Position numbers and translations under genes: made by a program. Shown one piece after another: positions 12,464-26,755 of a DNA stretch of 64,000 nt. Every line of letters begins with the position of its first letter. The stretch's first letter is position 1. The notes under the pieces are model-generated. The model had not been told where the DNA came from and ran no database searches. It worked only from the letters and a program-made list of their open reading frames with translations. The stretch spans positions 10,788,001 through 10,852,000 of the forward strand of contig NC_086097.1 in assembly GCF_963921235.1 (NCBI RefSeq), read 5' to 3'. The DNA is from Mobula hypostoma (taxonomy: Eukaryota).

Positions 12464-13012
12464 TCAATGACTTATCATCTCATATTCTTGATATTTATTG
12501 CTTATTTATTTTTTATTATTATTTCATATTTTTTCTCTTGTATTTGCATGGTTTGTTATCTTTTGCACGTTAGTTGCCAGCACTGGTTGTGCAGTCTTTC
12601 ATAGACTCTATTATAGTTATTGGGTTTATGCAGTATGCCTGCAAGAAAATGATTCTCAGAGTGGTTATATGATGGCATATATGTACTTTGTTAATAAATT
12701 TACTTTGAACTTTTGAACTTTTAACTGTCTTTCTCTGTGCTCCTGAGACCTGGTCTACTTTCAGTAGGTATCTCAAGGCTCTGGAAAAAGCCAACCAACA
12801 TTACCTCTGCAAAATTTTCCACAGTCACTGTAAATATAATATCCAGCATTACTGTTATCCCACAGGCCAACATCCCAGCATTGAAGGCCTAGTTACATTT
12901 ATCCTGGGAAAGGTATCTATTCGCATACCCAATACCAGAATCCCAAAACAGGCACTTTATTGTGAGATTTAACTTGGGAAAAGATGAGGAGGAAGTTAAT
13001 GTGTAAAAGAGA

Positions 13013-13576
13013 GGTAACACCCTAGGAAAAGTTTCACTGCTAACGTAATGGTCTTTCTGTAGAAGCAGTGTTTGGGTTATGGTTGGAGATAACGGGTGGT
13101 TTGGAACGAGAGCTGTCCAATGAAGGGATTGTGGTTTTCCTGTTGTGTGCCTGACACTGGTGTGAGCGGGGTCTTTGGTTCGGTGGGAGATGAAGGGAGA
13201 AGGCACCGGAGAGAAGAGGTCGTAGGACTCGACCCGGAGCAAGGCCATGATTTGACAAAGCCCAGGGAAATCGAAGGAGGATTGGCGAAGGGGAAACTAT
13301 GAGCTCCAACTTGTGCACGTTAGACTGTTTCATTAAAATGGACTCTTTTCCTTACTAACCTTTTAGTCAAATTAAGATTTATAAAGCTAAATCATTTAAT
13401 TGTATGTGGTGTACTGTCCGTTATTTCATGGTATTTATTTTTAACGGGGCAATGAACCATGCAGCATCCACACAAACAGGGGGTTCTGATGCGCTTTGGC
13501 TTCAATCTCCCACGTTTGGCAGGGCCAGAGATTGTCTTGCTGAGACTTACGTAACTGATGGAACCAGAGTGTTACA
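13013..13576. mobile_element. Solo LTR inserted in a CR1 copy
   Basis: Inverted termini (g)GTAACAC...GTGTTACA flanked by a GAGA(G) duplication (13009 and 13577). It splits CR1 sequence tgtaaaagagag/gcaagagtagat, seen intact at about 24867-24890. Confidence 0.75.
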
Positions 13577-15280
13577 GAGAGGCAAGAGTAGATATTGGAC
13601 CACTGTAAAATGATGCTGGAGAGGTAGTAATGGGGGACAAGGAAATGGCAGATGAACTGAATAAGTATTTTGCATCAGTCTTCACAGTCGAAGACACAAG
13701 CAGAGAGGTGGAAGCTCCAGATTGTCAGGGGTCAGAAGTGTGTGAAGTTGTCATTACTAATTAGAAAGTTGTTGGGAAACTGAAAGGTCTGAAGGTAGAT
13801 AACTCAACTGGACTTCTCAAAGAGGTGGCTGAAGAGATTATGGAGGCATTAGTAATGATCTTTCAAGAATCACCAGATTCTGGAGTAGTTCTGGAGACTG
13901 GAAAATTGCAAATGTTACTCCACTCTTCAAGAAGGGAGACAGGCAGAAGAAAAGAAATTATCGGCCAGTTAGTCTGAATTCAGTGTTTGGGAAGATGTTG
14001 GATGTTAAGGATGGGGTTTCGGGATTCTTGGAGGCACATGATAAAATAGGCAGTAGTCAGTATGGCTTTCTCAAGGAAAAATCTTGCCTGACAAATCTGT
14101 TGGAATTCTTTGAAGAAATAACAAGCAGGATACACAAAGGAGAATTGGTTGATATTCTGTACTTGGATTTTCAGAAGGCCTTTGACAAGATGCCACACAT
14201 GAAGCTTTTTAACAAGTTACGGGAAAGATGGATAAGGCAAGAGGCAAAAAGTGGGAACAAAAGGTTTTTCTAGTTGGCTGCTGGTGACTTGTTCTACAGA
14301 TATCTGTGTTGGAAGCAATTCTTTTTAGATTATATGTCAAATGATTTGGATGATGGAATTGATGGCTTTTTTTTGCAAAGTTTGCAAATAATATGAAGAT
14401 AGGTGGAAGGGCAGGTAGTATTGAGCAAGTAGAGAGGCTACAGAAGGACTTAGACTGATTAGGATAATGGGCAAAGAAGTGGCAAATGGAATACTGTGTC
14501 AGGAATTGTATGGCCATGCAGTTTGATTGAAGAAATAAATGGGTAGACTATTTTCTAAATGGAGAGAGAATTCAAAACTCCAAGGTGCAAAGGGACTTGG
14601 GAGTCCTTGTGCAGGATTTCCTAACGGACTAATTTGCAGATTGAGTCTGTGGTGAGGAAGGCAAATGGGATGTACTGTAAGCATTCATATCAAAAGGACT
14701 AGAATATAAAAACAAGGATGTAATGCTGAGACTTTCTAAAGCACTGATGAGGTCCCATTTGGTGTATCGGGAGCTGAAACTGGAGTGGGTTCAAAGGAGG
14801 TTTACAAAAATTATTCTGGTATTGAATGGCTTATCATATGAAGAGTTTTTCTTGTTCTGGACCTGTATTCACTAGAATACAGAAGATTGAGGGGTGACCT
14901 GATTGAAACACATGGAATGCTGAAAAGTCTTGATAGAGTGGATGTGGAGAGGATGGTGGAAAAGTCTAGGACCAGAGGACACAGACTCAGAACAGAGGGG
15001 TGTCCTTTTAGAAGGGAAATGAGAGGGAATCTCTTTAGCTAGAGAGTGGTGAATCCATAGAATTCTTTGCCACAGGCAGATGTGGAGGCCAAGCCTTTAC
15101 GAATATTTAAGACAGACGTTGACAAGTTCATGATTGGTCAGAGCATGAAGGGATACAAGGAAAAGGCAGGAGATTGGGGCTGAGAGGAAAGATGGATCAA
15201 CCACGATGAAACGGCAAAGCAGACTCAATGGTCAACATGGCCTAATTCTGCTCCTACATCCTATGGTCTTACGATCTTAA
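13577..15280 (+). mobile_element. Degraded CR1 LINE
   Basis: KSCLTNLLEFFEE and YLDFQKAFDK motifs; tail at about 15260-15278. Confidence 0.88.
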
Positions 15281-15314
15281 ATAGAAATATTGAATAGCCT
15301 GATGAAATATTGAA

Positions 15315-15800
15315 TATACCTGGCCAAATACTAAAAACCTGTGCTCATCAACTGGCTGGAGTGTTGACTGATATCTTTAACCTCTTGCTTCAATAAGTTG
15401 GGGTATCCGTCTGCTTCAAGCAAGCTTCATTTATACTGGTGTCTAAGAAGAACATGGTAACCTGCCTTAATGACTATCGTCCAGTAGCACTTACATCCAT
15501 TGTCGTGAAGTGCTTTCAGAGGTTGGTGATGAAACACATCAGCACCTGCCTGAGAAGTGACTTGAATCGGCTCCAATTTGCCTACCAGTACAGCACGTAC
15601 ACAGAAGATGCCATTTCATTGGCTTTTCACTCAATCTTGGAACATCTGGATGGAAAAGATGTACATATACATCAGGATGCTCTTTATCAACTACAGCTTG
15701 GCATTCAATATTATTGTCTTCTCAAAACTAATTAGTAAGCCTCAAGACCTTGGTCTCAATAACTCCTTGTGCAATTGGAACTTGAATTTCCTCATTTATA
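15315..15800 (+). mobile_element. Rex1/Babar RT fragment
   Basis: CLNDYRPVALTSIVVKCFQRLV motif. Confidence 0.8.
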
Positions 15801-16229
15801 TGATACTTCACCTCACCCAAGCCTGATGAGCCAAAGCCACTCAAAGGAACGACCACTTGAAGAATGGCTGCTCCATTTGCACCTGCATTGTTCTTATTGG
15901 CCCTTTCTAATGAATCCCTCTTGCTGATTAGAGTGTATTGATTAAAAGAGCCGAAAATTACTGACAAAGAACTTAAATTTATCTACCAGACGATTTTCAC
16001 AAGCTTTGAATGTCCTAAGTACCTTAACACTTAATGTATCCACTAACATAAATGGGAAAAGGACAGCCACAAAACTATATGCAAGGATATTTGTAAACAC
16101 CACAACTGAAATGATAATTGAACAGAATTTTATAAATTTGCTTTTGAATCAAATTCTTGGCCAATAATCATCTTCTAACCAACAATCTAAACAAAAAGTA
16201 ACTGATCATGATCTACTGAACTTTGTTCC

Positions 16230-17315
16230 ACAGTTCAAATTTCAAAGTCACTATTATACAATGCTGAAATTCATTTTCTTATGGACATACTCAATTAATC
16301 CAATATCCATAATAGAATCAATGAAAGACCATGCCAATTGGGTGTACAACCAGGATGCAAAAGACAACAAACTGTGTAAATATTAAAAGAAAGAAGAAAT
16401 AATAATAATAATAATAATAATTTTAGAGCTAGAATCCCACAGATTATATTATGACCAATTTGTTATTACAACTGGACAATTTGTTATTTCACTCTACATA
16501 ATAGCTGTCCAGATATAATAATACTGGATAAACAAACAAGAACAACTTACTTAATAGATATCGGCATTCCAAACACAGATAACATACAGAAATCAATAAA
16601 TGAAAAATACCAGAAATATGCTGAATTAAAAAAGGAAATTGAAAGACTTTGGAACAAGAACAGGGTATACATTGTCCCGATAGTAATATCTGATCTGGTG
16701 TCATCCCAAAGGCATTACACAATAGCATTAAACAGTTAGGGCTACACAGCAATATTTATGTAAATCTTCAGAGAGCCACAATACTAAACATCACTAAAAT
16801 AGTACAAAAGCTCCTAGCAATTGAAAAATGAGCGTGCTTGGACTCAGGTTTCACCATCTTGAGGTGAGAAAAAAATTAATAATATAAATAAGTAAGTAAG
16901 TAAGTATCGAGAACATGAAATGAAGAGTCCTTGAAAGTGAGTCCGTAGGATCAAGGAACAGTTGAGTAATGGGGTAAGTGAAGTTGAGTGAAATTACCCT
17001 CTTTGGTTCAAAAGTCTGATGATTGAGAGGTATAACTGTTCTTGAACCTGGTGGTGTGGGTCCTAAGGCTCCTGTACCTTCTTTCTGCTGGCAGCAGCGA
17101 GAAGAGAGTATGTCCTGTGAGGTGAGCGTCTCTGATGATGGATGCTGCTTTCCTGTAGCAATGCTCCGTGTAGATGTGTTCAATGGCGGACTGGGCTGTA
17201 TCCACTACTTTTTGCAAGATTTTCCATTCAGGGGTATTGGTGTTTCCATACCAGGCTGTGATGCAACCAATCAATATACTCTTCACCACACATCTATAGA
17301 AGTTTGTCAAAGTTT
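16230..17315 (-). mobile_element. Rex1-derived 3' element (actttgaac tail family), host of a Dong insertion
   Basis: Minus-strand ILIGCITAWYG and RRYRSLRTHTTRFKNS; aataaatttactttgaactttgaac tail shared with many copies (e.g. 31770-32320, 54145-54715). Confidence 0.75.
16421..16870 (+). mobile_element. R4/Dong-clade non-LTR retrotransposon 3' fragment (restriction-like endonuclease)
   Basis: Manual translation gives CPDIIILDKQTRTTYLIDIGIPNTDNIQKSINEKYQKYAELKKEIERLW...VYIVPIVIS, a PD..D..K..KY RLE signature. It abuts a (TAA)n run at about 16400-16420. Confidence 0.8.
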
Positions 17316-17829
17316 TAGAGAACTAGTTTTGTGTTAAGGGATAAGTATTGGCCAGGACATTGGTTCAAAACAAATATATAAAATTCAATTCAATTTATCA
17401 TTTTAAATTTGATTACAGACAGAAATACACAAAAGAGCAGTCTGGTTATTCTAGTGATGCAACTAGTTAAGTAAAATCATTTCGAAGAGAAAATTTGTCA
17501 CTCCAACTTAACAGTCTCAGAATCTTTGATTATACAATACATGGGAGGATTAATTCTTGAAGTCTACCAAGCCATTCAAATGTAAAATTCAGGGCAACTT
17601 AAGCGGGGGAAATAAGTGTATTGTTGATGGTGTTGCCAACAGCTGTGGGGAATTTGAAGTTTCTTAGCCTTGTGATCCCTTTTGACTGCAGTAGGTGATG
17701 ATATGGGACTCTTCCCAGTTTCATGAGGAAGAGGTACAGAGGATTCCAGTTAATTGGATCATCAGATAATTAGGACAGCAGTTTATTTGGGATAACTCTT
17801 AAAAAACAAAAACTAATTGAGAAAATGCA

Positions 17830-18035
17830 GCCTGTCGGTGGTGTAGTGACATCAGCACTGGACTTTGAGGCGAGTGTTTCAGTGTTCGAATCTGGCTAGC
17901 ACCTTGCACGCTTTCCATCCATGCTGGGTTAAACATCGAGCTAAAAACACAGCCTCATTAAAACAAACAAACAAAATGCTAAAAAAAACAGCCAGGTTGC
18001 CACCTGATGTGCCACATGCCATGGAGAGCCATAAC
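17830..18035 (+). mobile_element. tRNA-derived SINE
   Basis: Box A ggtggtgtagtg at about 17837 and box B gttcgaatc at about 17884. Confidence 0.6.
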
Positions 18036-18883
18036 ATAATCGAGAAAATGGCTGGGATTTTCTTCATTTATTTGGGTCACCATGCTGCTTAATTGAGACA
18101 GGATACTGTCGCCACACAGTTTCTAACTAGCATCAGTTGCATGCACCTTTGTGACTGTTAGACATTACACTGTGCTTAAAGCAAACATTAATTGTGTGTG
18201 TTTGTGTTCAAAAAGCAGTGCTTTTTGTGACTGATGGTCGGTGAGAAATAAGCAGACCTGTTTTTCTCACTGCGGTTTCAAGCATTCAGGCTTGGAGATG
18301 CCCAAAATGGCAGGGAATGACTTGTAATTTGTAGTTTTTATTATTATGTATTGCAATGTGTTGCTGCTGAGAAAGAACAAATGTATATTAGTGATATTAA
18401 GCCTGATTCTGAAGGAAAGAAAACTGGATGAGATGCAACTTACAATTTACTTACTGAGAAGACCACTAGGACAAAAAAAAATGATGAAAAATTTATTGAT
18501 GTGTTAGCCCAATCATACATAAAATATACATTGCCATATGGGAGACAAAAACTGGGAAAATAAACAAATTTAAATCTATTATTCATGCAATAGGCAGATG
18601 AACTTGACAGCATAAATAGCGTTTTATGCCATTGAGAGGGATGTACTTTTAGATGCAGAGAGAATTGAAATGTAGCCGTAGAAATGTCCTTTCACAAAAC
18701 GAATGACTATAGTGTGGGAAAGTCTTGTGTCGTCTCTCCGAGATCCTATGGATTGAGGGAAAATTGCACGCATTTCACTCTCCTTTGGATAGAGTCTGGG
18801 TGACCTCCCTCTAATGGAGCAACGAATAAGGAGCTGTGAACCTTAGCAGAGATCAACACAGCAGCTTGAAAGGATGCTGCGCT

Positions 18884-19272
18884 TACTTACTGCCATTACA
18901 TCGCTGGTGTTCAGGGCAGCAATGAAGGTCCTCCATCAGGGCTTCCTTCATCATGTCAGTAGCTTCCTCTCAGTTTTCACTATTGTCAGCCATTCAAGTC
19001 CCAGCCATACTGTTGCACTCAGATGTAGAAGGATTCTTCATTACTGTTCCTGTAACAATTTCGTTTTACCAATCAGAGTTGAACCCGCCACCGCCCCACC
19101 CCCCCCAAACCTGGAGGACTCTCGTGCGGCCTCTGCCCTTTGACCTGTTTGGCATGAATGAACCTACCAGGAGCCAAAACATAAAGCTCCGACCCTCGCC
19201 GATAGAGCTCACTGGCTCATTGAGGCTTGCAAGCCTCCAAAACCTGTGACAAGATGTGGTCCTCTTGGAGGA
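18884..19272 (-). repeat. Dispersed non-autonomous retroposon (further copies at about 41555-41972 and 42622-43045)
   Basis: Three copies share agggcagcaatgaaggtc, ctctacc(c)tttgacctgtttgg and ctcttggagg blocks. Confidence 0.7.
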
Positions 19273-21599
19273 AAGATCCTATATTTAAATCCAAATCCTT
19301 GCAGTGGGAAGAACACAAACTGGTTTCATAAAAGGCTTTAGGGGAAGTGATTTTATAATGCACTTAGTATTCATGAAGTCAGTCTTCATCTCACCCTCAG
19401 ACCCTCAGATACATGAACCTACATATAGACTATATGCTGAAATATAACTGCAAAATCCACGTGAGACAGATGAACGGTTAACCTCAGTCACCCACTACGG
19501 AAGGTACACTACTGAGAACCCTCTTACGTAGGGCAAACTCACCCCTAAGCATCAGGTGGCTGAACGCCTTGTGCTTCATAAAACCCTGGCTAGTTTTATC
19601 ACTAATTGTCAGCCACCTATCAGACACTACTGTGCCTGGCATCACATTGTGGGCATACAATCTATTTGCATACATTATCTTACAGTAGGTATTTATAGTT
19701 ATTGCACTTTTAATATTATTTTTGTATTCTTTATCTTATAGTGCTTTTTGTGCTACATCAGATCCAGCGTAATAATTATTTCATTTTCCTTTACACTTGT
19801 GTACTGGAAATGACATTAAACAATCCTGAATCTTAAATCAACTTCACTTGTCCCAAATTTGAACTACTTCCACAACCAATGGACTCACTTTCAATGACTC
19901 TTCATCTCATATTCTTGACATTTATTTCTTATTTATTATTATTAGCAGTAGTAGTAGTAGTAATAGTATTAGTATTACTAGTATTTCTTATTTTGTTTTT
20001 GTGCAGCTTGCTGTCTTTTGGTTGAACACTCAAGTTGGTGTGGTCATTCAGTTATGATTATTATTCTATGGATATATTGAATATGTCCGCAAGAAAATAA
20101 ATCTCAGGGTTGCATATGGTGACATATACGTACTTTGATTATAATTTTACTTTGAATTTTCAAATGTGCAGTGAGGTACAAGTGAGTTGAGGTGAAAGTG
20201 AGGTAAAGATCAATGTGGTCAGCGTTTACTCTGGTTCCTTGCACATTCACTCCATCACAGAGACAGAGGATGGGTTTATCTGAGAGTTGCCGGATATTTA
20301 AGATTCAAAATTTATGGTTCATCATTGTTTATTATCATTCGTCAGTACTCAAGTGTAAAGCAGAGTAGAATGATTGTGATAGGTGAATGCAGGTTAGTGG
20401 AGGAGAGGTATGATGTGAGAAGCTGGGAGGTGTTAGGTGGGAAAGGTAAACGGCGGAAGAATAGGCTTCACCTGTCATCTTCTAGCTTGCACTCTTTCCC
20501 TTCCGCCCACTATCTTATTCTAGCTTCTTCCCCCTTCCTTTCCAGTCCCGATGAAGGGTCTTGGCCTAAAATGTTAACTCTTTATTCATTGCCATAGATA
20601 CTGCCAAACCTTCTGGGTTCCTCCAGTATTTTGTGTGTGCTATTCTGGATTTCCAGCATCTGCAGAATCTCCTGTTCTTATGGAATGATTGTACTCCAGA
20701 TCTAATGCAGCATTAAAAACACAATAAGCATAAAGAACACAACACAGAAAAATACAAGATATATAAATATAAAATACAATGTACAAGTAACATCAAGGTT
20801 AACCTCATGATTTGTTTGGGGTTCTTCATTGCTGAACTGAACTGAACTGTTATTTATGACATTTTACAGTTAATTATAACTGCTAAGGTTATTTATTTAC
20901 TTTTATTGTTCGCACAACCTGTTTTTCTTTTCCATTGGGTGTTTGATGGTCTTGTTGAGTGGGGTTTTTCTTTTAAACAGTTCCTTTGTGTTTCTTTGAT
21001 ATTTGTGGCTGCCTGCAAGAAGACAACTCTGAAGATTGCATACTTTTATACTGTATACAGTACATACTTCGATAATAAGTACTTTGAACTTTGATGATTC
21101 AAGGTTTTGAGCTGTTGGCAAGAATCCGCAGCAATGGCAAAGATAATTCAGGTCTCTGGTGAGGTCCTGTTCCTGACGTGGGGACTCCATCTACTTTTAC
21201 TTTGGCCCACAGGAGGAGGAAGGAGGGCACAGAGCATCCCAAGTTGTACGCATTGATTGGCTGTGCAATACCCCCACAGCAGACCTCCTAATAAATCCCA
21301 CCTGACCCACTGAGAGTTTCCAGCAATTTATTGTTTTATTTCAGACTTCTGGCATCTGCAATTTTGCATTATTTAATTCCCTTGCCAAATGCATCTGAGC
21401 ACATGAAAGGTCATACAGAGAAGGCAGAATAATGGGGTTGAGAGGGAAATGGATCAGCCATGATGAAATGGCGGAGCAGACTCAATGGGTCTAAAGGCCT
21501 AATTCTGCTCCTACGTCTTATGGTCTCCTGGAGTGTAGTCCTAGAGATTGTCTGTGACCGCGCAGTCAAAGGACATGTCTGTTCTTCACAAACGACCTG

Positions 21600-22432
21600 G
21601 ATGTGGGGGTAGAAGGGTGGGTTGGCAAGTTTGCAGACGACACAAAGGTTGGTGGGGTTATAGATAGTGTAGAGGATTGTCAAAGATTGCAGAGAGACAT
21701 TGATAGGTTGCAGAAGTGGGCTGAGAAGTGGCAGATGGAGTTCAACCCAGAGAAGTGTGAGATGGTACACTTTGGAAGGACAAACTCCAAGGCAGAGTAC
21801 AAAGTAAATGGCAGGATACTTGGTAGTGTGGAGGAGCAGAGGGATCTCGAGGTACATGCCCATAGATCCCTGAAAGTTGCCTCACAGGTGGATAAGGTAG
21901 TTAAGAAAGTTTATGGGGTGTTAGCTTTCATAAGTCGAGGGATAGAGTTTAAGAGTCGCAATGTAATGATGCAACTCTATAAAACTCTGGTTAGGCCACA
22001 CTTGGAGTATTGTGTCCAGTTCTGGTCACCTCACTATAGGAAGGATGTGGAAGCATTGGTAAGGGTACAGAGGAGATTTACCAGGATGCTGCCTGGTTTA
22101 GAGAGTATGCATTATGATCAGAGATTAAGGGAGCTGGGCTGTACTGTTTGGAGAGAAGCAGGATGAGAGGAGGACATGCCTTTAAGGTAAGGGGTGGGAA
22201 GTTCAAGGGGGATATTAGAGGAAGGTTTTTTACTCAGAGAGTGGTTGGTGCATGGAATGTACTGCCTGAGTCAGTGGTGGAGGCAGATACACTAGTGAAG
22301 TTTAAGAGACTACTAGACAGGTATATGGAGGAATCTAAGGTGGGGGGTTATATGGGAAGCAGGGTCTGAGGGTCGGCACAACATTGTGGGCCGAAAGGCC
22401 TGTACTGTGCTTTACTGTTCTATGTTCTATAT
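21600..22432 (+). mobile_element. CR1 LINE 3' fragment, (TTCTATG)n tail family
   Basis: ORF with KFADDTKVGG and LVRPHLEYCVQFWSP. Confidence 0.9.
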
Positions 22433-24179
22433 TAAACATATCCAGCGCTCTTTTTGATGCATTCGGAAGACTTACCAAAACTGCCATCATCTTTGCAGGA
22501 TCCATCCATTCCACAGAAATGCTCCCCTGTAAGTCAGTAGTTTTGGGTTAGGGTCTAAATTGTAATTTTTCTTGCAGTTTAATTTTTTTGTATGCTTGCT
22601 TATACATTTGTCTGCAAATGTCCACTGTATTTTTAGTAATTTGCAGTATAGTTGGTTCTGTATTTTTTGCAGCTTCTTTGTCAAGTTGGGCCATCTTTCA
22701 TTGATTCTATTATGAGTAACACTGCAAGAAAATGAATCTCAGGGTTGTACATGGTGATATATATGTACTTTGTTAATAAATTTACTTTGAACTTTGAACT
22801 TTGCAGCCAGTCATGCCAAAAATTGGACTCTTTTATAAGCTCTAGAAATTTTGCAGATGCTGGAAACCCAGAGCAATGCATACAAAATGGTGGAGGAACT
22901 CAGCAGGTCAGGCGACATCTATGGAAATGAATAAATAGTCGAGATTTTGGGCCAATACCCTTCGTCAGCACATGTCTTATTGGCTGTACTTATCAAGGAG
23001 TTTCATTAACATGAGAAAATCTGCAGATGCTGGAAATCCAAGGCAAAGCACACAAAATGCTGGAGGAACTCAGCAGGTTAGGCAACATCAATGGAAAAAA
23101 ATAAACATTCAATGTTTCAGGCTGAGACCCTTCATCAGGAATTTCATTATTTGTCTGGTTTGAGCTAGTTTTCAGTATAAGGCTAGCACAACTTCATTGC
23201 TTCTTTCTCTTGCCTTTGTCTTCTTTATGCAGTTTTTAATTATTGTAAAGTAAGCTGGTAACTGTTATGATCACCTAAAGTTTGGCATTTGTCCATCGTG
23301 TGTGACGATGTCAGGAAACCTGTGCAGGAGAGTTTTTAAAGTGAAAAAGCCATTGGACTGGGGCAGTTCCACTGTCTCAACCTCTGATGTCTGGGTCCAG
23401 TGGTACTAACAAGCATCACGAACTGTGGTCTTCCTTGGTTGCAATAGATGACCATGATGTCCTCTGTACCTTGTCATGCCCTTTGCTCTAAACGGAACAT
23501 TGCAGTACTGCTTTCCTGGCCACTGGATCTCACTGTAAGACATAGAAAACATAGAAAAACTACAGCAAAATACAGGCCCTTTGGCCCACAATGCTGTGCT
23601 GAACATGTATTTATTTTAGAAATTACATAGGGTTACCCATAGCCCTCTATTTTTCTAAGCTCAATGTACCTATCCAGGAGTCTCTTAAAAGACCCTATCG
23701 TATCTGTCTCCTCCACCATCGCAGGCAGCCCATTCCACACACTTACCACTCTGTGCGTAAAAAAATTACCCCTGACATCTCCTCTGTACCTTCTTCCAAG
23801 CACCCTCTCGTGTTAGCCATTTCAGCCCTGTGAAAAAGCCTCTGACTAGCCACACGATCAATCCGCCCAGTCCGCCAGAGCTCACTTCAGATGGTAGGAC
23901 GGGCCTGTCCCTATCTCACCAGGCATGAAGCAGCCAGCAACCCTCATCTGGTTTAGCCCACCGGTTGAAGTGATGTATCGGGGTGGGAACCATAGTTGCG
24001 TACGCTGCATTGAAATGGACACGACAGGCCCCTTCACCAGCGGTGCTACTGCTCCCTGGGCACCCCATACACCAAAATAAACAGCTAATAAAATAGCTCT
24101 AACCACAAGATCTATGCCTCTTTCTTGACTTCTCAAGTACCTTCTTGAGATTTTGTAAACTAATTTGGCGGAGGAATGG

Positions 24180-26755
24180 GAACCAGAGTGATAGGGCTGA
24201 GATGGGGCAGTTGGTATACAACTGGATGACATGTGTAGTGGGACAGTGAGGAAGGACAGGCAGATGATGGGGCAAAATTACAGACCATAGAATGAGCTAA
24301 TGTGTAACAGGGGGTCCAAATCAAAAAATGATGAATACAGAATTAGAGGTGTTATATTTGAATGCAGACAGTTTACAGAATAAGGTAGATGATCTTGTAG
24401 CACAGTTAGAGATTGGCAATTATGACACTGTAGGTATCTCTGAGTCGTGGCTGAAAGATCATAGCTGTGAGCTTAACGTCCAAGGATACACGTTGCATTG
24501 AAAGGACAGGCAGGTAGGCAGAGGTGGTGAGGTACCATTGTTCTTAAAAATAAAATCAAATCCTCATAAAGGGATGACATAGGACCAAAAGAAGTAGAAC
24601 TTTATCGGCAGAGTTAAGGAACTGCGGGGGTAAAATGACCCTGATCGGAGTTATATACAGGCCCCTGAACAGTAGCCAGGATGTGGGCTACAATGGGAAA
24701 TAGAAAAGGCAATGTTGCGTTATCAAAATTTAGTGGGAAGTTCGAGGATTGGGAAGCTTTTTAAAACCAACAGAAGGCAACTAAAAAGCCATAAAGAGAG
24801 AAAGGATGAAATAGGCTACCTAGTAATATAAAAAATGATACAGAAAGTCTTTTCAGATATATAAAGTGTAAAAGAGAGGCAAGAGTAGATATTAAACTAC
24901 TGGAAAATGATGCTGGAGAGGTAGTAATGGGGCAACAAAGGAATTGTGGAGGAAATTAAGTATTTTGCATCAGTCTTCACTGTTGAACTAGCAGAATGCC
25001 AGAATGCAAGAGTGTCAGGAGGCAGAAGTGAGTGCCATTGCTATTACTAAGGAGAAAGCGCTCGGGGAGTTGAAAAGTCTGATGGTAGATCAGTCACCTG
25101 GATCAGATGGACTACACCACAGGATTCTGAAAGTTGTAGCTGAAGAGATTATACTTTATACTTTATTGTCACCAACCAATTGATACTAGAACGTACATCA
25201 TCACAGCGATATTTGATTCTGCGCTTCACACTCCCTGGATTACAAATATTAAATATTAAAGATATTAAAATAGTTAAAATTAGCAAATATTAAAAATTTA
25301 AATTATAAATCATAAATAGAAAATAGTAAAATGGGAAGTAAGGTAGTGCAAAAAAACCGAGAGGCAGGTCCAGATATTTGGAGGGTACGGCCCAGATCCG
25401 GGTCAGGATCCGTTCAGCAATCTTATCACAGTTGGAAAAAAGCTGTTCCCAAATCTGGCCGTACCAGTCTTCAAGCTCCTGAATCTTCTCCCAGAGGGAA
25501 GAGGGACAAAAAGTCTGTTGGCTGGGGACGGTCTTGGACAGGACAACTTCCATACCAGGTTGTGATGCACCCTAGAAGAATGCTTTCTACGGTGCATCTA
25601 TAAAAATTAGTGAGGGTTTTAGGGGACAGGCCAAATTTCTTTAGTTTTCTCAGGAAGTAAAGGCGCTGGTGGGCCTTCTTGGCAGTGAACTCTGCTTGGT
25701 TGGACCAAGTCAGGTCATTTGTGATATTGACCCCGAGGAATTTAAAGCTTTTGACCTGTTCCACTTGCGCACCACTGATGTAAATTGGGTCATGCAGTCT
25801 GCTACTTCTTCTGAAGTCAACAACCAATTCCTTCGTCTTGCTGACGTTGAGGGATAGGTTATTGTCTTCGCACCATGCCACCAGGTTCTTAATTTCCTCT
25901 CTGGACTCAAATTCATCATTACCCGAAATACGGCCTACAATTGTTGTGTCATCAGCAAACTTATATATTGAGTTTGATGGAAACTTGGCTACACAGTCCT
26001 GGGTGTACAGTGAGTACAACAGGGGGCTGAGTACACAGCCTTGTGGGGCACCGGTGCTCAGAGTGATTGTAGAGGAGAGCTTGTCCCCTATTTTTACAGC
26101 CTGAGTCCTGTCTGTGAGGAAGTTGAAGATTCAGCTGCAGATCTGAGTGCTAAGGCCCAGGTTCCGGAGCTTAGGAATCTGTTTATTTGGAACAATGGTA
26201 TTAAAGGCTCCTTGCTGAAACAAGCCCTTAAGCCGAGTCACAGTTGCGGAGGCCTCCGCTCCAGTCAAGCTTCAGGCTCGATTTCCTTTGAGGGATAGGT
26301 TATTGTCTTTGCACCATGCCACCAGGCTTAAACCATCCATCTTTAACGGATTATGGAGCATTTGTGATAATATTGCAAGAATCACAAGATTCTGAAATGG
26401 TTCTGGAGGACTGAAAAATTGCAAGTATCACTCTACTCTGTAAGAAGGTAGAGAGGCAAAAAAAGGAAATTATATAGGCCAGTTAGCCTGACTTCAGTGG
26501 TTGGAAAGATGTTGGAGCCTATGATTAAGGATGAGGTTTCAGGGTACTTGGAGGCACATGATAAAAATAAGCTTAAGTCAGTCGTAAGGAAGGCAAATGC
26601 AATGTTAGCGTTCATTTCAAGAGGATGAGAAACAAAAACAAGCATGTAATGATGTGACCTTATAAGGCATTGGTCACACCACACTTGGAACACTGTGAGC
26701 AGTTTTGGGCCTTATATGTAGGAAAAGATGCACTGGCATTTAAGAAGGTCCAGAG
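24180..26755 (+). mobile_element. Degraded CR1 (APE endonuclease start to RT), interrupted by Rex1 and then by the Gypsy element
   Basis: VLYLNADSLQNKVDDL...VGISESWL at about 24350-24455. CR1 sequence resumes at about 26349 after a GATTAT duplication. Confidence 0.8.
25153..26207 (-). mobile_element. Rex1/Babar 3' fragment, (TATAAAG)n tail
   Basis: Minus-strand ORF 25471-26019 with YKFADDTTIVG and KTKELVVDFRR. Confidence 0.9.

Noticed and set aside
17836..17900. tRNA gene
   Set aside because: Box A and box B are present, but there is no convincing cloverleaf and it continues into a SINE body.
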